This document shows positions 37,201-46,700 of a stretch of DNA of 64,000 bases, piece after piece. Made by a program: the position numbers and the translations under genes. How positions within the stretch are numbered: the stretch's first letter is position 1; each line of letters begins with the position of its first letter. The notes beneath the pieces were generated by a model, which searched no databases, had not been told where the DNA came from, and was given only the letters and a program-made list of their open reading frames with translations. The DNA comes from Scyliorhinus canicula (Eukaryota): positions 159,256,754 through 159,320,753 of the forward strand of contig NC_052154.1 in NCBI RefSeq assembly GCF_902713615.1. Direction: 5' to 3'.

Positions 37201-38674
37201 GTATTGAAGTCCCCCCCCCCCCACCTCCAGGCCAGGAATGCGGCCCAACATACGCCTCATGAAACCAGCATCATCCCAATTTGGGGCGTACACAATAACC
37301 AATGAAAAGAGAAAAGTGTTGCCAAAGCATTTTGTCTTGCACTCATCAGAACAAACACTGCAGCAACACCAATCAGCGTTCAGTGCAATAGACAACTTCA
37401 ACTTTAACTCCCAGTGCTCAAGCTATAAGTGCCATCTCATTGGCTCTCCTCTTGACATAAATTAATGATGCTGACAGATGACCTACACTGGGACCCTCCA
37501 GCTCTGCATGGCCGACTCAGTCACTGATGAAACCACTGGAGGCAGCGATACATCATTACGGAGGTCACATTAGCTCAAAACCATTCACTGCAGACTCATT
37601 GTTTTTTGACTGAGTTACAAACAAAATTTAATGTGTAATAATTTATTTACATTCATCCATGCGCTTTTACTATTTCCACAGCTGATCTAATTAGGTTGAG
37701 GGAACTCTTGGCTGATTTCCTCCTCAAACTCCGACATAAATGTAATAGCCTAATCGCCAACTCCGCAATAAATGCTGACTTGACAATGATGCTCATATAT
37801 CATTAATTAGCTTGAAACAATGTAGCCAGCTGTCACCATAAGAACATAAGAAACAGGAAGCAGCACTCATCCACTGGTTTTTGAGACCAAGTCTGGCCCC
37901 TCGAGCCTGCTTCGCCATTCAATAAGATCATGGACTGTCTGACTGTGACTTCAATTCCAATTTTCTGCCTGCCCAACCCTCTACCAACAACGCCCTCAAT
38001 AACCTTTCCACTCCCTGGTAGATCAAAAGTCCACCTTGCATTCAATGATCCAGCCTCAGTATCATGTGGCAGTGTGCCACTTGTCCCTCTAAGACATTGG
38101 ACACAGACCGCTGGGGGGGGTCACATAACATTTAGCATATGGGAGTCTCATTCCTGGAGGAATTAAATTAACAACCCCTTTTGAGAGGGAAAAAAACCCC
38201 TCCTCATCTTGGGTCTCTGGGGAAACCTCTTACTTTGAAACCATAAAGGGCATTAAAGTTGACTTTTCCAAAGGAAGTTTCTCGAAGTGGGGGTGGGAGG
38301 AGAACTCTGTTGGGAGATGGGGGGGGTGAGTGGGTGGGTCGCCGGGGGGGGGGGGGGGGGGGGACTGGAGAGCGCTAGCAGGAGGGTGGGCCGAACGGCC
38401 GCGTCTGTTGGCAGAGGCCGGGAACAGGGGTTTGTGACCTTGCCCTTTAGCCCGCCCGGCTTCGGCACGGCCGCTGTCACCAATCTCCAGGCCCAGGGAT
38501 CATCGCCAAGCGTCCGGGTGCAAACCCCACCCTGGGCGAGCGCCACTCCCGCCTCCCCCGACCCTCAAAATCCGGCGGGACGAGCGCCGCTCCCGCCGCC
38601 CGTCCTTTACCTGAAAACCGTGCCAGAGTCACCAGCGCCACCAGAAGCGGCCACAAGTTCCCGGTCCGGCCCAT
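237..38674 (-). CDS. NCR3LG1: Multi-exon B7-H6/NCR3LG1-like IgSF gene, predicted 967 aa: SP - V - C1 - TM - six C1-set-like domains
   Basis: Ten exons: 38611-38674, 33236-33589, 30717-31043, 28420-28536, 16368-16790, 9018-9380, 4960-5268, 3658-3981, 1383-1697, 237-544. All junctions are GT-AG and phase 1. The lengths sum to 2904 nt = 967 codons + TAG with no internal stop. The family call rests on V/C1 motifs compared from memory with human B7-H6, so treat it as 'like', not proven orthology. Joining of the post-TM exons is inferred. Confidence 0.75.
1383..1697 (-). CDS. Exon 9, post-TM degenerate C1-like domain 5, lacking both canonical Cys
   Basis: Acceptor ttttctctttatag|GC, donor AAAG|gtgagt, 315 nt open. 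SPKFSEF..LSVSTSV..PHDNITVEW..NTYKINSYL..LHFQY. Confidence 0.8.
3658..3981 (-). CDS. Exon 8, post-TM C1-set-like domain 4, lacking the F-strand Cys
   Basis: Acceptor ctttttatttcag|TG, donor AAAG|gtgagt, 324 nt. LTLTCKIIDFYPEDIQVEW..NGLYS..YRIEVCH. Confidence 0.88.
4960..5268 (-). CDS. Exon 7, post-TM C1-set-like domain 3
   Basis: Acceptor ttttctgttgcag|CT, donor TTAG|gtatgt, 309 nt. LTLTCKVHSFYPKNISVRW..YKCQVLHETL. Confidence 0.88.
5656..6039 (+). mobile_element. 5'-truncated L1 3' fragment with 14-bp TSD and internal deletion
   Basis: TSD aaaagtatcttgag at 5642-5655 and 6040-6053. HMFWACP..DVLAFASLVARR matches the ORF2 C-terminus of the 21-28 kb L1, then jumps to a G20 run and the 3'UTR with AATAAA. 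Confidence 0.85.
7066..7827 (-). mobile_element. Possible retroviral/LTR-element long terminal repeat
   Basis: On the minus strand: purine tract aaggggggggagg, then TG...CA over about 760 bp with AATAAA near the 3' end (7141-7146). No TSD or second copy seen. Confidence 0.3.
8465..8778 (-). mobile_element. HE1/V-SINE-type tRNA SINE
   Basis: Box A/B head, V core ctgcatgggtttcctccgggtgctccagcttcctcccacag, CR1-derived tail. Confidence 0.85.
9018..9380 (-). CDS. Exon 6, post-TM C1-set-like domain 2
   Basis: Acceptor ttctcctcttcag|TT, donor AAAG|gtaaca, 363 nt. VTLTCPINFFKPHPLKITW..YSCEVGHVSL. Confidence 0.85.
9465..10180 (-). mobile_element. Cluster of V-SINE and CR1-tail fragments
   Basis: Two V cores plus the tail atagaacagtacagcacagaacaggcccttcggccc. 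Confidence 0.8.
12340..15390 (+). mobile_element. Degraded CR1/L2-group (jockey-type RT) LINE, EN + RT
   Basis: RGGG..VGDFN..RSDH (APE); KAMGPDNIP, NYHPIS, ALDIKAAFDRV, GVPQGS, FADDC, YKAQVRSVMEYS, with frameshifts; 3' tail aaatgctggcct. Confidence 0.88.
16368..16790 (-). CDS. Exon 5, post-TM C1-set-like domain 1 with a long internal insertion
   Basis: Acceptor tttttattcctag|TT, donor GGAG|gtaagc, 423 nt. APKVSEI..FVCQVSGYRPDVITVSW..NNDGTFSVSSVL..ITCKVMH. Confidence 0.85.
17170..18150. mobile_element. Cluster of jockey-type LINE 3' fragments in both orientations
   Basis: catctacaagatgcactgcag..aaggttccttaggcagca motif on plus, then inverted, then plus. Confidence 0.7.
18395..18675 (-). mobile_element. 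V-SINE variant with ggcgactaggggc/cacagtaacttc-type tail
   Basis: V core and tRNA head. The same tail occurs alone at about 15585-15700 and 16895-16985. Confidence 0.75.
18940..19797. mobile_element. GC-rich MITE-like element with imperfect TIRs
   Basis: Ends gagcgcgatctacc / ggttagatcgggccc, flanked by tat on both sides. Confidence 0.6.
19810..20985 (+). mobile_element. Penelope-like element remnant (RT thumb + GIY-YIG)
   Basis: LKFTFKIEQSNELPSLDLLI, then VVYEF.C.CD..VG..LVDHIK (GIY-YIG-like), and the tail atcctgatgagtgcaagacgaaaagctt. Many stops. Confidence 0.7.
21337..22155 (+). repeat. Three consecutive GC-rich tandem arrays in the L1 5'UTR
   Basis: A ~22-nt unit ggaggagccgaggagccggagc, then three ~60-nt units containing cgcgggccaggagcggtgcggcggc, then about 12 units of Cn-agccagcagcgggga(cacaa). 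Confidence 0.9.
22343..22390. repeat. (TA)n microsatellite in the L1 5'UTR
   Basis: Direct reading. Confidence 0.9.
22456..23481 (+). CDS. L1 ORF1p (coiled coil + RRM + CTD), intact, 341 aa
   Basis: Heptad-like region LEAQGKILEAQG, then RRQNIKIVGLPEG..DRAHR..PRAVIARL..IRIYEDF..FGMLYPAKLWV, typical L1 ORF1 motifs. Confidence 0.9.
   Translation: MKGKGEKKVPERSQEKGGTGSRLGKGKASSGERVNTRSGGKDASPHPEELDGRATSPLGLEGGVNWKEAFAEVVREQLQAFKAELKADAEAAAQAAVTRAMSGVQQVLTRLEKKVDAQGKILEAQGKILEAQGATIKELEKAATDASDRVISLERGMVKLSATQGSLKGRVDDQEISSRRQNIKIVGLPEGIEGRNPTTFVAAMLGSLVGRETFPTPPEMDRAHRSLRPKPKEGEKPRAVIARLHRYRDRETILRWAKENRACNWDGHAIRIYEDFGADIAKRRAEFNRAKAALYKNKVRFGMLYPAKLWVTYQHKEYFFTAPAEANRFVEEHGLEKRHGK
24256..28087 (+). 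pseudogene. L1 ORF2 (APE endonuclease, RT, Cys/His C-terminus) with two lesions
   Basis: TWNVRGL, LQETH, VYAPN, SDH, APGPDG, YRPISLL, GTRQGCPLSP, YADD, YLGI, CxxC..HMFWSC. There is an extra G in the run at 24700-24707 (GGDFN frameshift) and an in-frame TAG at 24845-24847. Confidence 0.9.
28420..28536 (-). CDS. NCR3LG1: Exon 4, transmembrane exon (E)AEIRLSTSSIVGSVIASIIISIALTALAIFLYMRFRYK
   Basis: Acceptor aactttttttttaacag|AA, donor AAAG|gtaaat, 117 nt, phase 1-1. An uncharged hydrophobic stretch of about 23 aa is followed by the basic stop-transfer RFRYK. Confidence 0.85.
28610..28995 (+). mobile_element. CR1 3' end fragment
   Basis: ETYKILTGLDRVDAGRMFP..FFTQRVVSLWN and the tail aagggccaaatggccttctcctgttcct. 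Confidence 0.8.
29466..30645 (+). mobile_element. Deu-domain-type tRNA SINE split by the CR1 insertion
   Basis: Box-A head at 29466-29515; box B and core resume at about 30331. The core ggaaatctgccgtccttacccggtc..acatgtgactccagaccc..gaaatggcctagcaagcca matches the AmnSINE1/SacSINE1 Deu core as recalled. Confidence 0.6.
29516..30330 (-). mobile_element. CR1 (HER1-like) 3' fragment nested in a SINE
   Basis: MLQLYRTLVRPHLGYSFQFWSPHYQKDVEALERVQ..RRLRGDL plus the CR1 3'UTR tail. Confidence 0.9.
30717..31043 (-). CDS. NCR3LG1: Exon 3, extracellular Ig C1-set domain, B7-H6-like
   Basis: Acceptor tcttggcag|CA, donor AAAG|gtcagt, 327 nt. LGCQLSGYYP..W..PTVKNPDGTCNV..FECRVTH resembles recalled B7-H6 PTIKNMDGTFNV..YQCVVRH. 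Confidence 0.9.
32772..32990 (+). mobile_element. V-SINE
   Basis: ggttagcactgctgcctcacggc..attctccccgtgtctgcgt..taaattgcccct. Confidence 0.8.
33236..33589 (-). CDS. NCR3LG1: Exon 2, non-rearranging Ig V-set domain, B7-H6-like
   Basis: Acceptor atctgcag|AA, donor TTAG|gtaagc, 354 nt. Motifs SLLLC..LGVLW..GNMSLLLRHVTFKHTGQYKCEVVIPPNNKASQTVKLEV resemble recalled B7-H6 [37 protein letters not shown]. Confidence 0.9.
34050..37297 (-). mobile_element. 5'-truncated, degraded L1 ORF2 (EN to RT) in intron 1, spanning the assembly gap
   Basis: VYAPNWDD, YSRIDFF, GKAPGPDGFP, RGTRQGCPLSP, YSDD, FRYLG across several frames. The A-rich tail with AATAAA lies at 34072-34077. Confidence 0.9.
34260..34815. 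repeat. Pyrimidine-only (C/T) low-complexity tract flanking a 151-N gap (34630-34780)
   Basis: Direct reading. Confidence 0.9.
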
Positions 38675-38910
38675 GGCGCCCCCCTCTCCCGGCTTTCTCT
38701 CGCTCGGGTCCAGAATCAGGAATCGCCTCCGCCTCGCTCACGTTTCACTTTCGCCGGGCGGGTTCCGGCCGCTGGGGAGCTGCGCGCGCACCCTGTGCTT
38801 GCAGGCCGCCGCCTCTCCCGCTGGAGGGCGCTGCGTATCACTTGGCAAAGGCAGGAAGAGGAGAGGATGAAAGTCCATGGAAAACAAACACAGGCACGCT
38901 GACTCATCAA
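38330..38910 (-). promoter_or_regulatory. CpG-island promoter with ISRE, GC box and AP-1 site
   Basis: CpG-rich, non-repeat stretch around exon 1. GAAAGTGAAAC (IRF/ISRE consensus) at 38742-38752, GGGCGG at 38756-38761, TGACTCA at 38900-38906. Confidence 0.7.
38611..38674 (-). CDS. NCR3LG1: Exon 1, signal peptide MGRTGNLWPLLVALVTLARFS
   Basis: ATG in strong Kozak context (ggcgccATGG), hydrophobic core LWPLLVALVTLA, donor TCAG|gtaaag in phase 1, inside a CpG island. Confidence 0.85.
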
Positions 38911-39141
38911 ATAAACATTTAATAAATTAGATATATAGCTGACATCAATGTTTGATTTATCTGATTTTATAGCTTTTCCTCTCAGATCACAAAGCTACAC
39001 GTTTAGAAGGAAACAGTTTGCTATTTATTTTGTTCATTAGTGAAGGCCCACACAAAGGAGAAAAGATCACTTAATATTGATCAGGAAATTCTGTACCTGT
39101 TGTATGTATAGATTTTTGAAAGGCATTAAAAAGGCGCCGCA

Positions 39142-39472
39142 AAGGGCAGCATGGCGGCGCAGTAGCTGGCACTGCTGCCTCAGAGCACCAGGGGCACAGG
39201 ATCAATACCAGCCTTTGGTGACAGTCCGTATGGAGTCTGCACGTTCTCCCCGTGTCTGCGTGGGTTTCCTCCGGGTCCTCTGGTTTCCTCCCACAGTCCA
39301 AAGATGTGCAGGTTAGCTCGATTGGCCAAGCTAAAATGCCCCTTAGTGTCCAAACATAAAATGTGGTTTTGTGTATAGGGTGTGGGGAGTGGACCTAGGT
39401 AAGGTGCTCTTCCAGAGGGTTGGTGCCGACATGAAGGGCTGAATGGCCTCCTTCTGCATTGTAGGGACTTTG
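39142..39472 (+). mobile_element. V-SINE
   Basis: Head, V core and CR1-like tail. Confidence 0.8.
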
Positions 39473-40103
39473 TGATTTGGTGTAGAAAGTTGTGGATTCC
39501 ATAAATCACCTAACCACCAGGAGTTCCAACCAAGGTAGTTTATTCCTGAGCTCAACAACTATGTACACTTGTGCTCTGCCTACGCTCCCAGGATTAACTG
39601 TTGCTCTCCCACCATGTGACCAATTGTAGCCACGGCATCATATCTCAGATGATCACAGACTACATCCTCCACATTTAGTTGGAAAGGCCGCTGGCATGAG
39701 ATGTAACAGTGTGTGCAATAGGAAATTATGTACAGACCATTCTGTAACATACAATTAAACAAACCAACAAAACTATTTACATGTATTATACACACAGAGG
39801 CATGGATTAAGCTATAACCACATTTAAAAAGCATTTAGATGATCACTGAAAACACCATAGAATACAAGGCTATGGACCAAGTGCTGGAAAACAAGATTAA
39901 AATAGGTAGTTGTTTCATGGCCAGCACAGACACGATGGGCTGAAGGGCCTCTTTCTGTGCTGGAAAACTCTGATTATGGCTAACTACTGTATTGCATAGC
40001 CCATCGCGTCTCCTTCTCCACATCCCCCAAAACCCGTTTTCCTGTTGGAAAGAAATACTGAAATTTAAAAGAGAGTTTGAGGCTAAGTGGCAATAAAGTC
40101 ATA

Positions 40104-40795
40104 GGGCGCGATTCTCTGCCCCCCACGCCGGGTGGGAGAATAGCGGGAGGGCCTCCCGACATTTTTCACGCCCTCCCGCTATTCCCCCACCCCCCCACGC
40201 CACGAATCGCCGCTCGACGTTTTTTACGTCGAGCGGCGATTCTCCGATTCTCCGAGGCCGATGGGCCAAGGGGCCGGGCCTTCACGCCCGTTTCAACATG
40301 GCAGCAAACATACCTGCTCGCTGCCGTCGTGAAACGGGCGCCAGATGCCCATTTGGGGCATCTGGGGGTCCGATTGGCATGGCTGTACCATGGCCGTGCC
40401 AAGGGGGGCATAGGCCCGCGATCGGTGCCCACCGATCGTGGGCCGTGCATCCGTAACGGACGCACTCTTTTCCCTCCACCGCCCCACAAGATAATGCCGC
40501 CATGCCTTGCGGGGCGGCCGAGGGAAAAGACGGCAACTGCGCATGCGTGGGTTGGCGTTGTCCAACCTGCGCATGTGCGGCCGACATCATCGGCCGCGTC
40601 AGCCGGCGTGACGCTTGACGCGCGGCCTTGACGACCATCGTCAAGGCCGCGCCGCTGTGACGCACGGGGCCGCTCTCCTAGCCCCGCCCGGGGGGGGGGA
40701 ATCGGCCCCGCAAGTGGGCGTGAAGGCTGCCGTGGGTCACGACCTGTCCCACAGCAGCCTTTACGATTCTCCGCATTTGCGGAGAATATCGCCCC
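40104..40795. mobile_element. GC-rich MITE-like element with imperfect TIRs
   Basis: Ends gggcgcgattctc / gcggagaatatcgcccc, with many internal short palindromes. Confidence 0.6.
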
Positions 40796-41019
40796 TTGTG
40801 TTTGGCCTGCTCAGGCGCCCTGAGCCTGAGATTACACTGGTTGATGTTGTCATCTTTCTGTGGCGAGTGTCCTCATTGTTAGCAACATGGGACATTTCAT
40901 CTGTGTATTCATCAGGTACAGAATTCACTGCGCTGGCCTCTGTAGAAGTCTGCATGTCTGCTGGTGCAGGGGGCTGGTACCATCGGGTAGATGACTGAAG
41001 TGGTGTGTTATCTGTTGGG

Positions 41020-42090
41020 TTGGGTTGGATTGGATTTGTTTATTGTCACCTGTAGCGAGTTACAGTGAAAAGTATTTTTCTGCGAGCAGCTCAACAGATC
41101 ATTAAGTATATCGAAAGAAAAGGGAATAAAAGAAAATACATAATAGGGCAACACAAGGTGTACAATGTAACTACAGGGCAGCACGGTAGCATAGTGGTTA
41201 GCACAATTGCTTCACAGCTCCAGGGTCCCAGGTTCGATTCCCGGATTGAGTCACTGTGCGGAGTCTGCACATTCTCCCCGTGTGTGCGTGGGTTCCCTCC
41301 GGGTGCTCCAGTTTCCTCCCACAGTCCAAAGATGTGCAGGTTAGGTGGACTGGCTATGCTAAATTGCCCTAAGTGTCCAAAATTGCTCTTAATGTTGGGT
41401 GTGGCTAATGGGGATAGGGTGGAGGTGTGGGCTTGGGTAGGATGCTCTTTCCAAGAGCCGGTGCAGACTCGATGGGCCGAATGGCCTCCTTCTGCACTGT
41501 AAATTCTATGAAAAAAAAATAAGCACCGGCATCGGATGAAGCTTACAGGAGTGTAGTGTTAATGAGGTCAGTCCATAAGAGGGTCATTTAGGAGTCTGGT
41601 AACAGTGGGGAAGAAGCTGTTTTGAGTCTGTTCATGCGTGTTCTCAGACGTCTGTATCTCCTGCCCGATGAAAGAAGTTGGAAGAGTGAGTTAGCCGGGT
41701 GGGAGGGGTCTTTGATTATGCTGCCCGCTTTCCCCAGGCAGCGGGAGGTATAGATGGAGTCAATGGATGGGAGGCAGGTTCATGTGATGGACTGGGCGGT
41801 GTTCAAGACTCTCTGAAGTTTCTTGCGGTCCTGGGCCGAGCAGTTGCCATACCAGGCTGTGATGCAGCCAGATAGGACACTTTCTATGGTGCATCGTAAA
41901 AGTTGGTAAGGGTCAATGTGGACATGCCGAATTTCCTTAGTTTCCTGAGGAAATATAGGCGCTGTTGTGCTTTCTTGGTGGTAGCACGACGTGGGAGGAC
42001 CAGGACAGATTTTTGGAGATGTGTACCCCTAGGAATTTGAAACTGCTAACCATCTCCACCTCGGCCCCGTTGATGCTGACAGGGGTGTGT
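41020..42090 (-). mobile_element. Rex1/Babar-like LINE 3' fragment interrupted by a V-SINE
   Basis: Minus strand reads INGAEVEMVSSFKFLG..QRLYFLRKLRKFGMS..CITAWYGNCS, typical of Rex/Babar RT C-termini. Confidence 0.65.
41176..41510 (+). mobile_element. V-SINE nested in the Rex/Babar fragment
   Basis: gggcagcacggtagcatagtggttagcac..gatgggccgaatggcctccttctgcactgtaaattctatg. Confidence 0.85.
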
Positions 42091-42099
42091 ACAGTACTT

Positions 42100-43730
42100 T
42101 TGGCCCAGCTGGGCTATGCCACCCAATTTCTATCACTAAGCTAGTCCCACTTGCCTGCATTTGGCCCATATCCCTTTATACCCACCCTGCCCATGTAACT
42201 GTCTGTTTTTAAAAGGAAAAAACATTTGTACCCACCTCTAGCACTACCTCTGGCAGCGCGTTCCAGATGCTCACCACCCTTTGTGCAAAATAATGTTCCC
42301 TCTGGTCTCTTTTGTAACTCTCCCCTCTCACCTATGCCCTCTAGTTCTAGACTCCTCTACCTTTGGGATAAGATGTTGATCATTGACCTTTTCTATGCTC
42401 CTCATTATTTTATAGACCTCTACAAGATCACCCCAAAGCCTTCTACGGTCCAGGGTAAAAAGTCCCAGCCTATCCAGCCTCTCTTTATAACTCAGACCAT
42501 CAAGTCCTGGTAGCATCTTCGTAAATCTCTTCTGCACTCTTTCTAGTTTAACAATATCCTTCCTATAATAGGGTGACCAGAACTGAACACAGTATTCCAT
42601 GTGTGGTCTTACCAATGTCTTGTACAACTTCAACACAATGTCCCAACTCCTGTATTCAATATTCTGACCAATAAAACCTAGCATGCTGAATGCCTTCTTC
42701 ACCACCCTGTCCACTTGCGAATCCACCTTCAAGGAGCTATGCACCTGTACCACTAAATTTCTTTGTTCTGTAACTCTCCCCAACTCCTACCGTTAACTGA
42801 GTAGGTCCTGCACTGATTTGATCTACCAAAATGCATCACCCCACATTTATCCAAATTAAACTCCATCTGCCATTCATCGGCCCACTAGCCCAATTGGTCA
42901 AGATCATGTTGCAATCTTATATAATCTTCTTCACTATCCACTATGCCATCTTGGTGTCAACTGCAAACTTACTAACCATTACTCCTACATTCATAGAACA
43001 TAGAACAGTACAGCACAGAACAGGCCCTTCGGCCCTCAATGTTGTGCCGAGCAACGATCACCCTACTCAAACCCACGTATCCACCCTATACCCGTAACCC
43101 AACAACCCCCCCCCCCCTTAACCTTACCTTTTAGGACACAACGGGCAATTTAGCATGGCTAATCCACCTAACCCGCACATCTTTGGACTGTGGGAGGAAA
43201 CCGGAGCACCCGGAGGAAACCCACGCACACACGGGGAGGACGTGCAGACTCCGCACAGACAGTGACCCAGCCAGGAACTGAACCTGGGACCCTGCAGCTG
43301 TGAAGCATTTATGCTAACCACCATGCTACCCGAAATTCATTGAAATCATTAATATATATAAAAAATAACAGAGGACCCAGCACCGATCCCTGAGGCACAC
43401 CGCTGGTCACAGGCCTCCAGTTTGAAAAACAACCCTCCACAACTACTTTGGTCGCCAAGCCAATTTTGTATCCAATTGGCTACTTCACCCTGGATTCAGT
43501 GAGATTTAACCTTTTGCAACAACCTACCATGTGGTACCTTGTCAAAGGCCTTGGTAAAGTCCATGTAGACAACATCGACCACACTGCCCTCATCTACCTT
43601 CTTGGTTACCCCTTCAAAAAACTCAATCAAATTCATAAGACATGATTTTCCCCTTACAAAGCCATGCTGACTTTCCCTAATTAGCCCTTGCCGGAATTAA
43701 ATTCCACTCTGAATTGCTCTCCAGTCTTGA
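42100..43730 (-). mobile_element. CR1 RT/3' fragment with nested SINE at about 42995-43330
   Basis: LYKTLVRPHMEYCVQFWSP..RRRLWGDL; upstream yLDFsKAFDKVPH-type sequence. Confidence 0.85.
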
Positions 43731-46700
43731 GATGTCCTTAACTCTGGCACAGGACAGGCAACATAACCTTGAGGATTCCCTCTCAGATGCAGAGAATAAT
43801 CTCTCTCCCCCTAACCATACTACATCCTTTTTTACTCCCCCCTCCCCCGCATTTGAATGACCACCTGTATCACGGTGCTATCGGAAGGTTCCCTGTAGTC
43901 CCTGTTCTCATCCACAAGGCTGCAAAAATTTCAAACCTTTTGGACAAGTGGAAGGCCCGAGGCTCCTTGGGTGCTACCTTTTGTATCCTGCCTCACTCGT
44001 AGTAATACCCTCCAGACTAAACCTGACTTACTTAACCCAAGGGGTCTAACTGCCACCTAGAACAAAGTGCCCAGGTAAATTCCGCCCTCCCTGATGCTCA
44101 GACTCCAGCTCATCAATTTTAAGCTGAATTTCCTCAAGCTGCAGACACTGCAGATGTGGTTGCTGTGGTCACATTATTGTCCACTAGTCTCCCCCCACAT
44201 CCGGCAGCTGTAACAGATCACCTGCCCGAGCACCTTTATTGTATTTTGTTTAACTATTTGGGATTACAAGTTTAGAATATTACTCAACAATAAGTTCTAA
44301 TTATATTAAGTAGTTTAACTGGTTAAGCTATGAATTTGATATGGTACCTCTATTTCTCCAGCACTGCTTTGAAACTACTACCCCAGTTTACAACAAGAAA
44401 GGAATCTTAAAAACTTACCAATCCAATCATTCACCTGCTTATGTAGATAATTTCTCCAGACTCGAGCTTTTATGTCTCAGTGTCTCTCATTCACTCTCCT
44501 GTTTGTGTGGACCAGTACTGAATGGCACCTGGGCTGAGGACTCCCTGGGGAGGTTGTTTGACTGCGGGTGAATAGGTTTAAGGCCTACTTAAGCAAGTGC
44601 AGGTTGGTTCTGCCCATTGTGGGCAGGATTCTGGTTGCATCACCTCACGGGACTTAGTAGATCCCGAAGCTTTACCCGGCATCTTCCAGCCAAGTCGGGC
44701 TCCCGGTTGGGAGCCAGTAGATCACGCGTGCTGTTATTTTTGGCATGTGAGGAACAAGATACAACCCAGTGAGGAACAGCCCAGTCATTGTGAACAATGA
44801 ATAAAGAATATTTGTGGAGACAAAACACTCAAGGAGGATTAAAATGCACTATGACATTTAGTAGACTGATGACTATACACACAATTTTACATGAAACTAT
44901 CCCTTGGTCCTGAACCCAGAGGCACCGCTTTTCCCAAACTACATTCAATATTAAGTAACTCTATGAGCCATTTCCAGCAGATATTTATCGCGACCAGGAC
45001 ATGTCTGGGAAATAGTCTCCAAGTTCAGCAAAGGAAACTCTATCTGCCACTGCTGCAGTTCTGATGTTAGCTGTCACGCTCTCTCTCTTTTCCTTAGTTA
45101 GGGTTCTGCAGTTATGCTATTTCTTTCCCTTTGATAATATTAACTGTGGAGTTGGCTTTTGGCAAATGCGTGTCAGTTTCCTTATTGCTCCACTTTGAAG
45201 TTACCACTTCCATAGCCCCGTTGTTTTCTCCAGTCACATATGTTAAATACTTGCTTTATACTGATAGGCAAATTCACATCTCATTTCGCCATATGTCTGC
45301 CTCTAATCAACTACCTGTTTTACTGTGTATTTTCAATCTTAATTTTCCCCAACCCTTCACACTTTAACCACATTTGTATTACAGCTCATTGTAATACAAT
45401 CACTGGTTTAATTACAATCATTTACATGACAAACACTACAATTTTGTATTTACACTCTTCCAGAGTAGAAAACAAAGCTCCAGCAGCAATTTACAAGTTT
45501 ATAAACATGATATGGGAAACATTGCAACAAGTACAGTAGTATACGTTTGGCAAGAATAAAGCATTCACATAATTAAAGGTGGAAATAATGGAAATGCATG
45601 ATAGACAGATTGGTGTCGGAAAGAAAAGCAAATGTGTTTCCACCATTTATCATTTTTATTTCAGATTTTCAGCATTTACATTTTTAAAAAATTCTTACAG
45701 GTAAAATAGATCATTTATTTTGAGTCACTATCCAAGAGGAGCATTTTCTGACGCATACTCACTGGAAAAACATGCGAGTCCTATTGCCAATGATACTCAA
45801 ATATCAAATTGTTACAATTATTAAAAGGAATGGTAAAAAATGGAAGAGAGGAGAAATTTTGAAAAAGAGCTATTGTGCTTTCATTAATAGTTATAATTTC
45901 AATTATTGCACAAGGTAATGATCAAGTCCCAATATCCATGGATGCAGTGGGAAATATTTGAGATTATGTCTGCAGTTAATTTTACCAGATGGGTTTTTAC
46001 AACAATCGACAATGGTTTCATTGGTCACCTTTTAGGCTATTAATTTTTTTGAATTCAAATTTCACCACCTGCCTTTGCGGAATTTGAACCCAGTTCGCCA
46101 GAGCACGGGTCTGGTTCTCTGGATTACCCGTTCAGCGACAATACCACTACCCCACTGTTTCCCCAAATGATCTGATACGTGAATTATCCTTAGTAACATC
46201 ATGGACAGGACCTGATACATTAGGAACTAGGACTTGATTCGATATGTAATGTAGAAGAAAAGTTAACACATGCGATACCATAAGTTAGATATTCTGCTTT
46301 GCGGAAGTGGGGTCTGTCTAGAGCCCGGTGAGACTTCTGTCCATCATCATGTCTCCAAGACCTTCGCTTCTCTCAATCTTTCAGATAAACTCTAATTTCA
46401 CTTGGGTGCCTACCTAGTGCAGGACAGGATTGGCTGCAGAAGACTTTGATTATTCAGCAAACTTCACTTCCAGTCAATAAAGTTTCTTTCTTTGAAATTT
46501 GTCACTTACCCGTTTATAGGCTTTTAAGACATTTCAATTTCAAATAACCTCTCGGCTGCCATTGGAACAATATAGCATTTATATCAGGCCATACATTATG
46601 CGTAGGATTTCGCTACACTCACTACATATTTTCCACCTCCTTCTGGAAGGAAATTCCAAGAATGACGAGGGAAAATCACAGAGCTGATGAAGTAATTTCC

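Noticed and set aside
38716-38910. Alternative hydrophobic leader MSQRACVCFPWTFILSSSCLCQ
   Set aside because: No good donor or Kozak context; the ATG at 38674 has a better Kozak context, leader and phase 1 donor.
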